Assembly: GCA_963724335.1 (NCBI GenBank)
Contig: CAVRUP010000024.1
Span: forward strand, 19,265 to 83,264
Reading direction: 5' to 3'
Source of the DNA: an uncultured Alphaproteobacteria bacterium
GTDB taxonomy: Bacteria > Pseudomonadota > Alphaproteobacteria > Rhizobiales > Xanthobacteraceae
DNA length: 64,000 bases
In this document: positions 31,988-42,214 of the stretch, in pieces
How the letters are laid out: every line of letters begins with the position of its first letter
Position numbering within the stretch: position 1 is the first letter of the stretch
Program-made: the position numbers and the translations under genes
The notes under the pieces: model-generated
The model's input: only the letters and a program-made list of their open reading frames with translations
What the model was told of the DNA's origin: nothing
The model's database searches: none

Positions 31988-32230
31988 ATGACCCCCTTCT
32001 TCGTCCAAATAAAATGCGAGCTCGGCAAATCCTATCAGGTGGCCAACGAACTGGCCGAAGCCGAGATCGCCTCCGAAATCTACTCGACCGCCGGCGACTA
32101 CGACCTGCTGGTGAAATTCTACGTCGATGCCGGCACCGATATCGGCCACTTCGTCAACGAGAAGGTGCAGTGCATGGCCGGCATCAAGGACACTCACACC
32201 ATCATCACCTTCAAGGCGTTCAAGGCCTAG
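31988..32230 (+). CDS. Stand-alone Lrp/AsnC ligand-binding domain protein
   Basis: FFVQIKCELGK...EIYSTAGDYDLLVK...IKDTHTIITF. Confidence 0.85.
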   Translation: MTPFFVQIKCELGKSYQVANELAEAEIASEIYSTAGDYDLLVKFYVDAGTDIGHFVNEKVQCMAGIKDTHTIITFKAFKA

Positions 32231-34021
32231 GCCGTTTGCGGCTCCGCTTCGGCCGCTTCGGCCTGCGGGTCGAGCAGACTTGCAAGCACGGTCGGGTCCT
32301 CCGCGGTACGCACCATCATCGGCTCGTCGTGCCCGCGGATCGCGACCTGCGTGCGCGTGAGCGCATCGTCCGCAATCCCCGCGGTCTTGCAGACTTCTTC
32401 CGACACGACGGCCTTGCAATTGAGGCTCTTGGTCATGTCCTGCAGCCGCGCGGCGACATTGACGGAATCGCCGAGCGCGGTGAATACGGTGTGGCCGCGA
32501 AAGCCGACGTCGCCGATGATGACCTCGCCCGCGTTGATGCCGATGCCGTATTGGATGGGTTCGCGCACTTCGGTGGCGAACTGGTGGTTCAAGTAAGCCA
32601 CATTCGACGCGACCAAAGCGGCGGCGCGCAGCGCCTGCCGGCAGGCGGTCGAGCGATCCGTGTCGAGCCCGAACAGCGCAAGCACGCCGTCGCCGACGAA
32701 CTGATTCGGCTGTCCGCCGGCATCGGTGATGCCTTTCGAGGCCGCCTCGACGAATTGGTTGATCAGGAAGACGATGTCGAAGGGCAGCCGCACCTCGGAG
32801 AGCTTGGTCGAGCCGCGCATGTCGACGAACATGCTGACGACGTAACGTTCCTCGCCGATATGCATCCGTTGTCGGCCGCGCACAAAGCCGGCGCCGATAT
32901 TCGGCTGCAGGATGGGAATGACAGCGACGTCGCTTTGCGGGCGCAGCTGACAGGCGAGACGGACCGAGGGATCGGCGCTGGCGCCGACCCGCGCCAGCAC
33001 GAAAGCCTCGCGTCCCGAAGGCCGCGGCAGGGCATGGCGGTCGCTGACGACGCGAACGCGGCAGGTCGAGCAGCGCGCGCGGCCACCGCAGACGCTGGCG
33101 TGCGGAACGTTGAAGCGCAGGCTCGCTTCCAGCACGCTCATGCCCTTCGGCACCCGCACCTGCCGGTGCGGATAGGTCACGGTATACATGCCGCGCTGGC
33201 GCTCCCGCAGTGTGCGCACGCCGCGCGCCACAAACACGAAAACGATCGCGGCGGCGTAGCCGATCGGAAAGTAAAACAGCGTTATGTTTTCGACGACCGC
33301 GCGCTGCGGCGGAGGTATGCCGCCGTTCACATGTTGGGCGCGCCATTCCGGTTGCTTGGCGAGCGCAATGACCTCGCGCGCGCCTTGATACGCGCCGAGC
33401 ATCGCGAGCGGCGGCAACAGCACCGCGATGGCGAAAAAGATCGGCCACGCCCATTTGAAGAACGGCTTCAGCCGCAGCCAGAAAAAGAGCCCGATACAGC
33501 CGTGCGTCCACGCGACCGTCAACAGGCGAACTGCACGACGATCATGTGCGGTCTTGCGACACAATAGGCCAACAGCGGCAATACATATGTGGTCGGAACG
33601 CGCCCGAACAGCCAGCCCGTGACCCGCTCGGCGCCGAAATGGCTGGCAAGCCAGAGCGGAATGCTCAAGCCCAGAACGAGCTGGGTGATTTCGGCGACCG
33701 TGTAGCGAAAATGCCGGCGCTGATAGAGCGCCCAAAGCCCAAGCGAAAAATGGGTGGCAGCCGCGAGGTAGAGCGTGTCGTTGACGATTGGAATTCGCCA
33801 CCACCAGAGATGCCACTGTCAACCATGCTTCCATCGTCGCGAAGGAAATATTGCCGAGCGCGTGATTGAAGAAATGCGAAAAGATGTACGAGAACATGAC
33901 GAGGCCGCAGGCCAGCCGCACTTGCCGCACGCCAATGCCGCGCAGCCACGCCGGCAGTCCAAGCGATGCGTTTCGCACCGCCCGGGCGCACGTCTACGAT
34001 GGCCGTTGCCTGTGACGCCAT
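32227..34021 (-). CDS. Membrane adenylate/guanylate cyclase with a 2Fe-2S ferredoxin domain (CyaC-like); frameshifted
   Basis: His-containing TM helices (SHFFNH, WTHG), CGGRARCSTCRV...RLACQ, FVDMRGST, GDGVLA, GDSVNVAARLQ. Confidence 0.88.
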
Positions 34022-34152
34022 GCTGGATTTGCTTCCACAATCCGGATCGACGATCGGAAGTCGAAAAATAACGGCCTCGCGGCGATCGCCATTTGCCCAA
34101 ATGGCGCTGGCGGGGCGCATGATAGGCGGGAACAGCGGCGCGTCGCAATGCG

Positions 34153-35085
34153 CTAAATCTCCGGCCGGCGCGGCCCTTCCGCCTCGCGCGCGCGCTTGAG
34201 CCCGAGCGCCCGCTCGCGCCAGATCACGAACAGCCCAGCGCCGGCAACGATGCCGCCGCCGAGATAAACCAGCGCGCTCGGCAATTCGCCGAACATCCAG
34301 TAGCCGAGCATGAGCGCCCACAACATCGAGGTATAGTCGAAGGGCGCCACCACGGAGGCGGTGGCATGGCGGTAGCTCTCGGTCAGGAAAATATGCGCGA
34401 TGCCGCCGAGCACGCCGAGCGCGATCAGCGCGGCCAGCTCCGGTCCGGTCGGCGTGTGCCAGGCGAACGGCAGGGTGAGCGCACCCGCGATGGCGCAAAC
34501 GATCGAGAAATAAAACACGATCGACGGCGTGGTTTCGCTTTGCACCAGGCGGCGGGTCTGGATCACGGTGCCGGCGTTGCTGACCGCGGACGCCAGCGCA
34601 AATATCGAGCCGATGGCCGCGGTCGAGGCGGCGCCGGCCGCCGCGTAGTGGCCGACGTCGAAATGCGGGATCAGCATCACGATCACGCCGGCAAAGCCGA
34701 CCAGCACCGCCGACCAGCGATAGACGCGCACGCGCTCTTTCAGAATGACCGCGGCGAGCGCCACGGTGAACAGCGGCGAGGCAAAGGAAATCGCGGTCGC
34801 GTCCGCCAGCGGCAATCGCGTGAGCGCGGAGAAATTGGTGAACATGCCGAACACGCTGAGCAGGCCGCGGCCGAGCTGGCCGAGCGGCCGGCGGGTATAC
34901 ACCGCGCTCGCCAGTTCGCCGCGCAAGGCATAGATCACCACCACCGGCAGGATGGCGAAGGCGCTGCGGAAGAACACCATCTGCCCGACCGGCGCGACAT
35001 TGCCGAGCTGGCGCACCAGCGCCGACATGGCGGCGAACAACAGCGCGGAGATCAGCTTGAAGCCGATGGCTTTGAACAGATTCAT
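34153..35085 (-). CDS. DMT/EamA family transporter
   Basis: About ten hydrophobic segments, LPLADATAISFASPLF, VAPFDY. Confidence 0.9.
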   Translation of the reverse strand: MNLFKAIGFKLISALLFAAMSALVRQLGNVAPVGQMVFFRSAFAILPVVVIYALRGELASAVYTRRPLGQLGRGLLSVFGMFTNFSALTRLPLADATAISFASPLFTVALAAVILKERVRVYRWSAVLVGFAGVIVMLIPHFDVGHYAAAGAASTAAIGSIFALASAVSNAGTVIQTRRLVQSETTPSIVFYFSIVCAIAGALTLPFAWHTPTGPELAALIALGVLGGIAHIFLTESYRHATASVVAPFDYTSMLWALMLGYWMFGELPSALVYLGGGIVAGAGLFVIWRERALGLKRAREAEGPRRPEI

Positions 35086-35142
35086 CGCGCCCGGCTTATA
35101 GCAGGCGGCGCCGATACCGAGCCGCCAGAGTGCAGATTATTC

Positions 35143-36060
35143 CTACTTCTTCGGCGGCGGCTTGCGCCCTTCGACCGCCGGCAGCGACTTGATATAGGCC
35201 GCGATCGCCATGCGATCCGCGTCGCTCAACTGCGAGGTATTGCGCACCACCTCGACCATATTGCCGCCGACCCGGTCGGCGTCCGCCGTCATGCCGGTTG
35301 TGAGCGTTTCCGCGATGTCGGCCTCGCTCCAATCCTTTAGCTTGTATTGGGTGATGTTGGGAACGCCGCCATTTCCGTCGGGGCTCGGCCCGCCGGTGAA
35401 ACGCAGGCCCGCGATCACGCCGCCGAGCGGGTCGCGCGGGGAGTGACATTCGGCGCAATGGCCGGGGCCGTTGACGAGATAGGCGCCCCTATTCCATTGC
35501 GCCGATCGCGACGGATCGGGCTCGAACGGCTTGCCGTCGAGATACATCAACTTCCAGAGGCCAAGCGTGCGCCGGATGTCGAACGGAAACGGCAGATCGT
35601 GGTCGCGCACCCTGCCGGAAACCGGCGGCAGCGTTTTGAGAAAGGCGAATAGATCGCGCAGATCGCCGAACCGCATGTGTTGGTAGGACGTGTAGGGGAA
35701 GGCCGGATAGAGGTGCTCGCCCGACGGCGAGGTTCCCTTGGTCATGGCGGTGACGAATTGCGACTCGCTCCAGGCGCCAATGCCGTCCTTCGGATCGGAC
35801 GAGATGTTGGGGACGTAGAAAGTGCCGAACGCGGAATTCAACGCCAGCCCGCCGCCGAGCCTTGTTTTGTCCGGCTGTTTCGGCACCGCGTGGCATGACG
35901 CGCAGCCGCCGGCGTAGAACATCTCCTTGCCATTGACGAGATCGGGCGTATGGGCGGGCAGCGCGCTCGCTGGCACCGTTGCGGGTGCGGTCATGAACCA
36001 GAACGCCGCGAGCACCAGCACGGCGGCGATCGCCGCCAGCAACATCAGCCTGCGAATCAT
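35143..36060 (-). CDS. Membrane-anchored diheme cytochrome c
   Basis: CASCH and CAECH; NISSD..GIG.WS, YPAFPY, RGAYLV. Confidence 0.9.
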   Translation of the reverse strand: MIRRLMLLAAIAAVLVLAAFWFMTAPATVPASALPAHTPDLVNGKEMFYAGGCASCHAVPKQPDKTRLGGGLALNSAFGTFYVPNISSDPKDGIGAWSESQFVTAMTKGTSPSGEHLYPAFPYTSYQHMRFGDLRDLFAFLKTLPPVSGRVRDHDLPFPFDIRRTLGLWKLMYLDGKPFEPDPSRSAQWNRGAYLVNGPGHCAECHSPRDPLGGVIAGLRFTGGPSPDGNGGVPNITQYKLKDWSEADIAETLTTGMTADADRVGGNMVEVVRNTSQLSDADRMAIAAYIKSLPAVEGRKPPPKK

Positions 36061-36155
36061 CGACGTCCCCCGGCCACTCCGACGCCTGTCATACCGCAAA
36101 CAAAACGCTGCCGCGACGGGATCGCAGCAGCGTCGTGCGTCGACGTGGACAAGGT

Positions 36156-36599
36156 CTATTGCTTCGAAAGGCGGTAATCCTCATGGCAATTGTCGCAGGC
36201 CTTGCCGACCACCGGTATCGCCGCCCTGAGGCCCTCGAGCGATGATTTTGCCTTCTCATGGTTTTCTGCAACGGCTTTGCCGAAAGCTGCGGCTTTTTCG
36301 TCAAAATCCTTCTTGTCGAGCCAAATCTTCGGCGACGCGCGGTTGTCGCCACCGGTCTTGGAATTATCCGGGAACAGGCCCGGCAGTTTCTGCGCGGTGT
36401 CGGCCCATTGCGTGAAGGCGGCATCGACCTCCGCCGCTTCGAATGGCGCCTGCCCGCGCATCATGCGAACGACCGCGATGGCATGTTTGTTATTCGCTTT
36501 CATCAGGTCCTCGCGCGTGGTCACGGGATCCTGCTGGGCCATGGCGGCACCGACGCTGAGACCGACCGCCAAAGCGGCCAGGATTATGCGAACGAACAT
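36156..36599 (-). CDS. Cytochrome c'/c556 (class II)
   Basis: Signal peptide, REDLMK, ASPKIW, C-terminal CDNCH. Confidence 0.92.
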   Translation of the reverse strand: MFVRIILAALAVGLSVGAAMAQQDPVTTREDLMKANNKHAIAVVRMMRGQAPFEAAEVDAAFTQWADTAQKLPGLFPDNSKTGGDNRASPKIWLDKKDFDEKAAAFGKAVAENHEKAKSSLEGLRAAIPVVGKACDNCHEDYRLSKQ

Positions 36600-36740
36600 C
36601 GACTTCCACTTTCTTCTGTGCGAACGGCTGCCTCCTGAGAACCCTAGCGCGATAGGGTTATTCCCTCTAGCGGCCGGGATTCCGCGCCCGCGGTCCCTTG
36701 ACGGCGGCCCGCGATCACAAATGCGTGATCGATTAGCTAT

Positions 36741-39041
36741 CTAAGCCGACTTGGTTTTTCTGGCCTGCTCGATCGCCGCCCAGACCCGCTGCGGGGTCGC
36801 CGGCATGTCGATGTGGCGGATTTTGTAAGCACGCCAGAGCGCATCGAGGATGGCGTTGATCAGTGCCGGACAGGAGCCGATGGCGCCGGCCTCGCCCGCG
36901 CCTTTGACGCCGAGCGGATTGTTCTTGCACGGCACGTTGCGCGTTTCGAACACGAAGGACGGCGCGTCGGCGGCGCGCGGCATGGCGTAATCCATGAAAC
37001 TCGCGCTGAGCAATTGCCCGGACGCGGGATCGTAGACCGTGTCCTCCATCAGCGCTTGGCCGATGCCCTGCACGGCGCCGCCATGCACCTGCCCTGCCAG
37101 CAGCAGCGGATTGAGCGTGGCGCCGAAATCGTCCACCACGACGTAGTTCATGATCGCGGTCGCGCCGGTTAGCGGATCGATTTCGACTTCCGCAATGTGC
37201 GTGCCGTTCGGAAACGTCGGCTGCTCGGTTCCGAAATCCTTGGTGGCGCTTAGTCGTTCGGGTGTCGCCTGCGGATGCGCGGCAAGGTCAACAAATGAAA
37301 TGACGCGGTCGGTGCCGGCGACGCGTACCGTTCCGTCGGCGATTTCCATATCGGTCGGCGCCGCTTCGAGCGCGTCGGCAGCCAGCTGCTTAAGCTGTTC
37401 ACCGAGCGTCTTGGCCGCGCGGTCGACCGACACGCCGCCAACCGGGATCGAACTCGAGCCGCCGGTGCCGGCACCGGTCGCGATCAGATCGGTATCGCCC
37501 TGCACCACGCGCACGCGCCCGGGCGGCAGATCGAGCCGCTCGGCGACCAGTTGCGCATAGGACGTGGCATGGCCCTGCCCGGTCGATTGCGAGCCGATCA
37601 GCACGGTGACGCCGCCGTCGCGATCGAGCCGCACGTTCGCCGTTTCCGGCCCGTTGTTGCCGCAGGCCTCGACATAAGTGGCGATGCCGATGCCACGCAG
37701 CTTGCCGGCGCGCTTCGACGCCGCCGCGCGCTTTTTGAAGCCGTCCCAGTCGGCGATCTCCTGCGCGCGCGCCATGCAGCCTGCGAAATCGCCCGAGTCG
37801 TAGATCTTCCCGGTCGGCGTCGTGTAGGGCAGTGCCTTCGGCTTGATCAGGTTCTTGCGCCGCAATGCGTCGGGCGCCGTGTCGAGATCGTGCGCCGCCG
37901 CATCGACCAAGCGTTCGATCAGATAGGACGCTTCCGGCCGCCCGGCGCCGCGATAGGCGTCAACCGGAACCGTATTGGTATAAGCCGCGCGCAGCCGTAC
38001 ATGCGCGACCGGAATGTCATAGGCGCCGGTCGCCATGCCGGCGCCGAGCCAAGGAATGTAAGGCGCGTAGCAGGACAGATACGCGCCCATGTCGGCGACG
38101 ATATCGACCTCAAGCGCGAGGAAGCGCCCCTTGTCGTCGAGCGCCAATCGCGCGCTGGAAATGTTGTCGCGGCCGTGACTGTCGGCGAGAAAATGTTCGG
38201 AGCGCTCGCAAATCCATTTCACCGGTTTGCGCAACCGCTCGGCTGCCACTGCGGCCAGCGCATATTCGCGGTAGGGAAACAGCTTGGTGCCGAAGCCGCC
38301 GCCGACGTCGGGTGTGATGACGCGCATTTTATCCAACGGCAGCCTGAGCACCTGTCCGCAAATAATGTCGCGGATGACGTGGCTGCCCTGGCTACCGAGC
38401 GTGAGCGTGTATCGCTTTCCGTCGTATTCGGCGATCACGCCGCGGGTATCCATGTAATTCGTGACCAGCCGCTGATTGACGATGGTGAGTGCAACCGTGC
38501 GCGCGGCCCGCGCGAACGCCGCCTTGGTGGCCGCCGCGTCGCCCAGCTCGGTCTCGAAAGCGAGATTGCCCGGCCGGTCGGGCCATACTCGCGGCGCGCC
38601 GGTTGCGAGCGCCGCCACGGCGCCGATCACATGCGGCAGCGGCTGCCAGTCGACGGCGATCGCCTCGGCGGCGTCTTTCGCCGCGGCGAGACTGTCGGCG
38701 ACTACGAAGGCGACGGCGTCGCCGACATGCCGCACCACATCCTTGGCGAGGATCGGATAGACCGGAATCTTGATCTCGGGTCCGGGAATCACGCCGGGCG
38801 TCGGCAGCGGTCCGAGATTGGCGACATCGGCGGCGGTCAACACCAGCCGCACTCCCGGCATGGCGCGCACGCGGTCGAGTTCGTGGATACTAAAGCGCGC
38901 ATGCGCATGCGGCGAGCGCAGCATCACCGCATGCAGCGTGGCCTCGGGCGCGACATCGGCCACGTAGCGCCCGGCGCCGCGCAGCAGCGCATCGTCCTCC
39001 TTGCGGGTGAGCGCTTGGCCGAATCCGAATTTCATCGTCAT
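36741..39041 (-). CDS. Xanthine oxidase family molybdopterin-binding subunit (form II CoxL-like)
   Basis: RKEDDALLRG, RSPHAHA, DVGGGFGTK, AYRGAGRPE, GVKGAGEAG. Confidence 0.93.
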   Translation of the reverse strand: MTMKFGFGQALTRKEDDALLRGAGRYVADVAPEATLHAVMLRSPHAHARFSIHELDRVRAMPGVRLVLTAADVANLGPLPTPGVIPGPEIKIPVYPILAKDVVRHVGDAVAFVVADSLAAAKDAAEAIAVDWQPLPHVIGAVAALATGAPRVWPDRPGNLAFETELGDAAATKAAFARAARTVALTIVNQRLVTNYMDTRGVIAEYDGKRYTLTLGSQGSHVIRDIICGQVLRLPLDKMRVITPDVGGGFGTKLFPYREYALAAVAAERLRKPVKWICERSEHFLADSHGRDNISSARLALDDKGRFLALEVDIVADMGAYLSCYAPYIPWLGAGMATGAYDIPVAHVRLRAAYTNTVPVDAYRGAGRPEASYLIERLVDAAAHDLDTAPDALRRKNLIKPKALPYTTPTGKIYDSGDFAGCMARAQEIADWDGFKKRAAASKRAGKLRGIGIATYVEACGNNGPETANVRLDRDGGVTVLIGSQSTGQGHATSYAQLVAERLDLPPGRVRVVQGDTDLIATGAGTGGSSSIPVGGVSVDRAAKTLGEQLKQLAADALEAAPTDMEIADGTVRVAGTDRVISFVDLAAHPQATPERLSATKDFGTEQPTFPNGTHIAEVEIDPLTGATAIMNYVVVDDFGATLNPLLLAGQVHGGAVQGIGQALMEDTVYDPASGQLLSASFMDYAMPRAADAPSFVFETRNVPCKNNPLGVKGAGEAGAIGSCPALINAILDALWRAYKIRHIDMPATPQRVWAAIEQARKTKSA

Positions 39042-42000
39042 CGTTCGACCGGCTGCGATTGCCGGCGGCTGCGCGCGAAGCGATGGGCAAGCCAGCGCGT
39101 GAGCACGTAGAACACCGGCGTGAAGATCAGGCCGAAAGTGGTGACGCCGATCATGCCGGAGAACACCGCCGTGCCGAGCGTCTGGCGCAATTCGGCGCCG
39201 GCGCCGACCGCCCAGACCAGCGGCGTGACGCCGAGGATGAAGGCCATCGACGTCATCAGGATCGGCCGCAGCCGCAGATGCGCCGCCTCGACCGCCGCCG
39301 CAAAACGGTCGCGCCCGGCGTCCTCCAGCTGCTTGGCGAATTCCACGATCAGGATGGCGTTTTTGGCGGCGAGGCCGATCAGCACGATGAAGCCGACTTG
39401 CGTCAGAATATTGTTGTCCTGCCCGCGTATGACGACGCCGACGATGGAAGCGATGAGACACATCGGCACGATCATGATCACCGCCAGCGGCAACGTCAGG
39501 CTTTCGAATTGCGCCGCCAGCACCAGGAACACGAATACCACCGCCAGCACGAACGCGAACACGGCGGTATTGCCGGCGCGCAATTGCTGGAAGGCGAGCG
39601 TGGTCCACTCGTAGGAGAAACCTTCCGGCAGCGTTTCGGCGGCGAGCTTCTCCATGATCTTGATCGCCTGGCCCTGGCTGTAGCCGGGCGCCGCCGCACC
39701 ATCGAGTTCGGCCGCCGGATAGAGATTGTAACGTGGCACCCGGTAGGGCCCGGTGACCGTCCGCACCGTGGTGAAGGCGCCGAGCGGCACGGTTTCACCG
39801 CTGCTGTTGCGCACGCGGATCCGCAACACATCTTCGGTATCGCTACGGTAGTCGCTCAGCGCCTGCGCGACCACGCGGTAGGTGCGGCCGAACAAATTGA
39901 AGTCGTTCACATAGGACGACCCGAGATAAATCTGCAGCGCGGCGAACACATCGGGAATGTTGATGCCGAGCAATTGCGCCTTGACGCGATCGATATCGAG
40001 ATAGAGCTGCGGGGTGGTATTCTCGAACAGTGAAAAGACCTGCGTGACCCCCGGCGTCTGCGCGGCCCGCCCCATCATCGCATAAACCGCGTTCTGCAAA
40101 TCCTGCGAGCCGCGCCCGGCGCGGTCCTCGACCATCATCCGGAAGCCGCCGGCGTTGCCGATGCCGGAAACCGGCGGCGGCGCGGCAACGAAGATCAAGC
40201 CGTCTTTGATCGCCTGCAAGCGCACGAACAATTGGCCTTGTATGGCGGCGGCCGATTGCCGCGGGTCCTTCGCCCGCTGCTCGAACGGATCGAGCGTGAC
40301 GAAGATGGCGCCCGAATTGGGCGCGTTGGTGAAGGTGGCGCCGGAGAAGCCCACGATGTTCACCGCGTGCGCGATGCCGGGCACCTTGAGCGCGATCTCG
40401 ACCGCGCGCCGGTTGACGTCGTCGGTGCGCGCCAGCGAGGCGGCCGGCGGCAACTGCGTGATGATGATGAGATAGCCGCGGTCGAGCTGCGGGATGAACC
40501 CGATCGGCGTCTTGCGGAATTCGTTGAGGCCGAAGGCGATGACGCCGCCATAGATCACCAGCATCAGCACGGCGAAGCGGACCGTGCGGGCCGACAGCCA
40601 TCCATAGCCGCGCGTCAGCGCGTCGAAATAGCGATTGAACACGCGGAAGAATCCGTGGATCGGCCTGCTCAACCAAGTATCGTCTTCAGGCCGCCCATGC
40701 GGCTTGAGCAGCAGCGCACACAGCGCCGGCGAAAGGGTGAGCGAAACGATCAGCGAGATGATGGTCGCGCCGGCGATGGTGAGCGCGAACTGCCGGTAGA
40801 ACTGGCCGGAAATTCCGGTGATAAAGGCCGAGGGAATGAACACCGACGAGAGCACCAGCGCAATGGCGATCAGCGCCGCGCCCACCTCGTCCATGCTCTT
40901 GACCGCTGCGTCATGCGGGCTCAACCCCGCCTCGATGTTGCGCTCGACATTTTCCACCACGACGATGGCGTCATCGACGACAATGCCGATGGCGAGCACG
41001 AGACCGAACAGCGACAGGTTGTTGAGCGTGAAGCCGAACAACGACATCACGAAGAAGGTGCCGATCAGCGATACCGGAATGGCGACGATCGGGATCACCG
41101 CGGCGCGCCAGGTCTGCAGGAACAGGATGACCACCAGCACGACCAGAATGATCGCCTCGCCGATGGTCGATTCGACGGCATCGACCGATTGCTGGATGAA
41201 CTGCGTCGGGTTGTAGACGATGGTGTATTTCAGGCCCGGCGGGAACCGCATGGAGAGATCCTCCATGGTTTTTTCGATCGCCTTTGCGGTCGACAGCGCG
41301 TTCGAGCCCGGGCGTTGGAAAATGCCGATGGCGATTGCCGGATCGCGATCGAGATAGGAGTTGGTCGAATAGTCCTGCGCGGCGAGTTCGACCGTCGCGA
41401 TATCCTTGATGCGCACGATCGCATTGGCGGTCTGCTTGACCACGATCTTGCCGAACTCGTCCGGATCGGCGAGGCGGCCTTGTGTCTGCACCGAGATCTG
41501 GAATGCACCCGGCTTGTCCATCGGCGGCTGGTCGAGCACGCCGGACGCCACCTGCACGTTCTGCCCCTGCAGCGCCGTCACCACGTCGGCCGCGGTCAGG
41601 CCGACCGATTGCAGGCGGTCGGGGTCGAGCCAGATCCGCATCGCATAATCGCGGGCACCGAACACGATGAGCGAGCCGACGCCGTCGACGCGGGTCACCG
41701 CGTCGGTGATTTCAAGCGTCGCATAATTGGAAATGAACAGCGTATCGCGTGACTTGTCCGGCGAATAAAGATGCACCACCATCATCAGGTCGGGCGAACT
41801 CTTGTTCACCGTGACGCCGATGTTGCGCACGTCGGCCGGCAGTCGCGGCTGCGCGATGGCGACGCGGTTCTGCACTTGCACCTGCGCGATGTCGAGATTG
41901 GTGCCGATGTCGAAGGTGACCGAGATCGTGAAGCGTCCGTCGGCGGTCGAGTTCGACGACAGATAGATCATGTTCTCGACGCCGTTGATCTGCTGCTCGA

Positions 42001-42199
42001 TCGGCGTCACCACGGTCGAGGCGACGACGTCGGCGCTGGCGCCGGGATACTGGCCGGACACGGTGATGGTCGGCGGCGCGATCTCCGGATACTGCGCGAT
42101 CGGCAGCCGGAAAAATGCGACGCCGCCGAGGATCACGAAAATGATCGAGACCACGGAGGCGAAGATCGGCCGGTCGATGAAGAAGTGCGAAATACGCAT
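39038..42199 (-). CDS. RND efflux permease (AcrB/HAE1 family)
   Basis: FFIDRPIFA, GIVVDDAIVVVENVER, KNAILIVEFA, RLRPILMTS. Confidence 0.97.
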   Translation of the reverse strand: MRISHFFIDRPIFASVVSIIFVILGGVAFFRLPIAQYPEIAPPTITVSGQYPGASADVVASTVVTPIEQQINGVENMIYLSSNSTADGRFTISVTFDIGTNLDIAQVQVQNRVAIAQPRLPADVRNIGVTVNKSSPDLMMVVHLYSPDKSRDTLFISNYATLEITDAVTRVDGVGSLIVFGARDYAMRIWLDPDRLQSVGLTAADVVTALQGQNVQVASGVLDQPPMDKPGAFQISVQTQGRLADPDEFGKIVVKQTANAIVRIKDIATVELAAQDYSTNSYLDRDPAIAIGIFQRPGSNALSTAKAIEKTMEDLSMRFPPGLKYTIVYNPTQFIQQSVDAVESTIGEAIILVVLVVILFLQTWRAAVIPIVAIPVSLIGTFFVMSLFGFTLNNLSLFGLVLAIGIVVDDAIVVVENVERNIEAGLSPHDAAVKSMDEVGAALIAIALVLSSVFIPSAFITGISGQFYRQFALTIAGATIISLIVSLTLSPALCALLLKPHGRPEDDTWLSRPIHGFFRVFNRYFDALTRGYGWLSARTVRFAVLMLVIYGGVIAFGLNEFRKTPIGFIPQLDRGYLIIITQLPPAASLARTDDVNRRAVEIALKVPGIAHAVNIVGFSGATFTNAPNSGAIFVTLDPFEQRAKDPRQSAAAIQGQLFVRLQAIKDGLIFVAAPPPVSGIGNAGGFRMMVEDRAGRGSQDLQNAVYAMMGRAAQTPGVTQVFSLFENTTPQLYLDIDRVKAQLLGINIPDVFAALQIYLGSSYVNDFNLFGRTYRVVAQALSDYRSDTEDVLRIRVRNSSGETVPLGAFTTVRTVTGPYRVPRYNLYPAAELDGAAAPGYSQGQAIKIMEKLAAETLPEGFSYEWTTLAFQQLRAGNTAVFAFVLAVVFVFLVLAAQFESLTLPLAVIMIVPMCLIASIVGVVIRGQDNNILTQVGFIVLIGLAAKNAILIVEFAKQLEDAGRDRFAAAVEAAHLRLRPILMTSMAFILGVTPLVWAVGAGAELRQTLGTAVFSGMIGVTTFGLIFTPVFYVLTRWLAHRFARSRRQSQPVER

Positions 42200-42214
42200 C
42201 GTTTCTGGCCGGGG

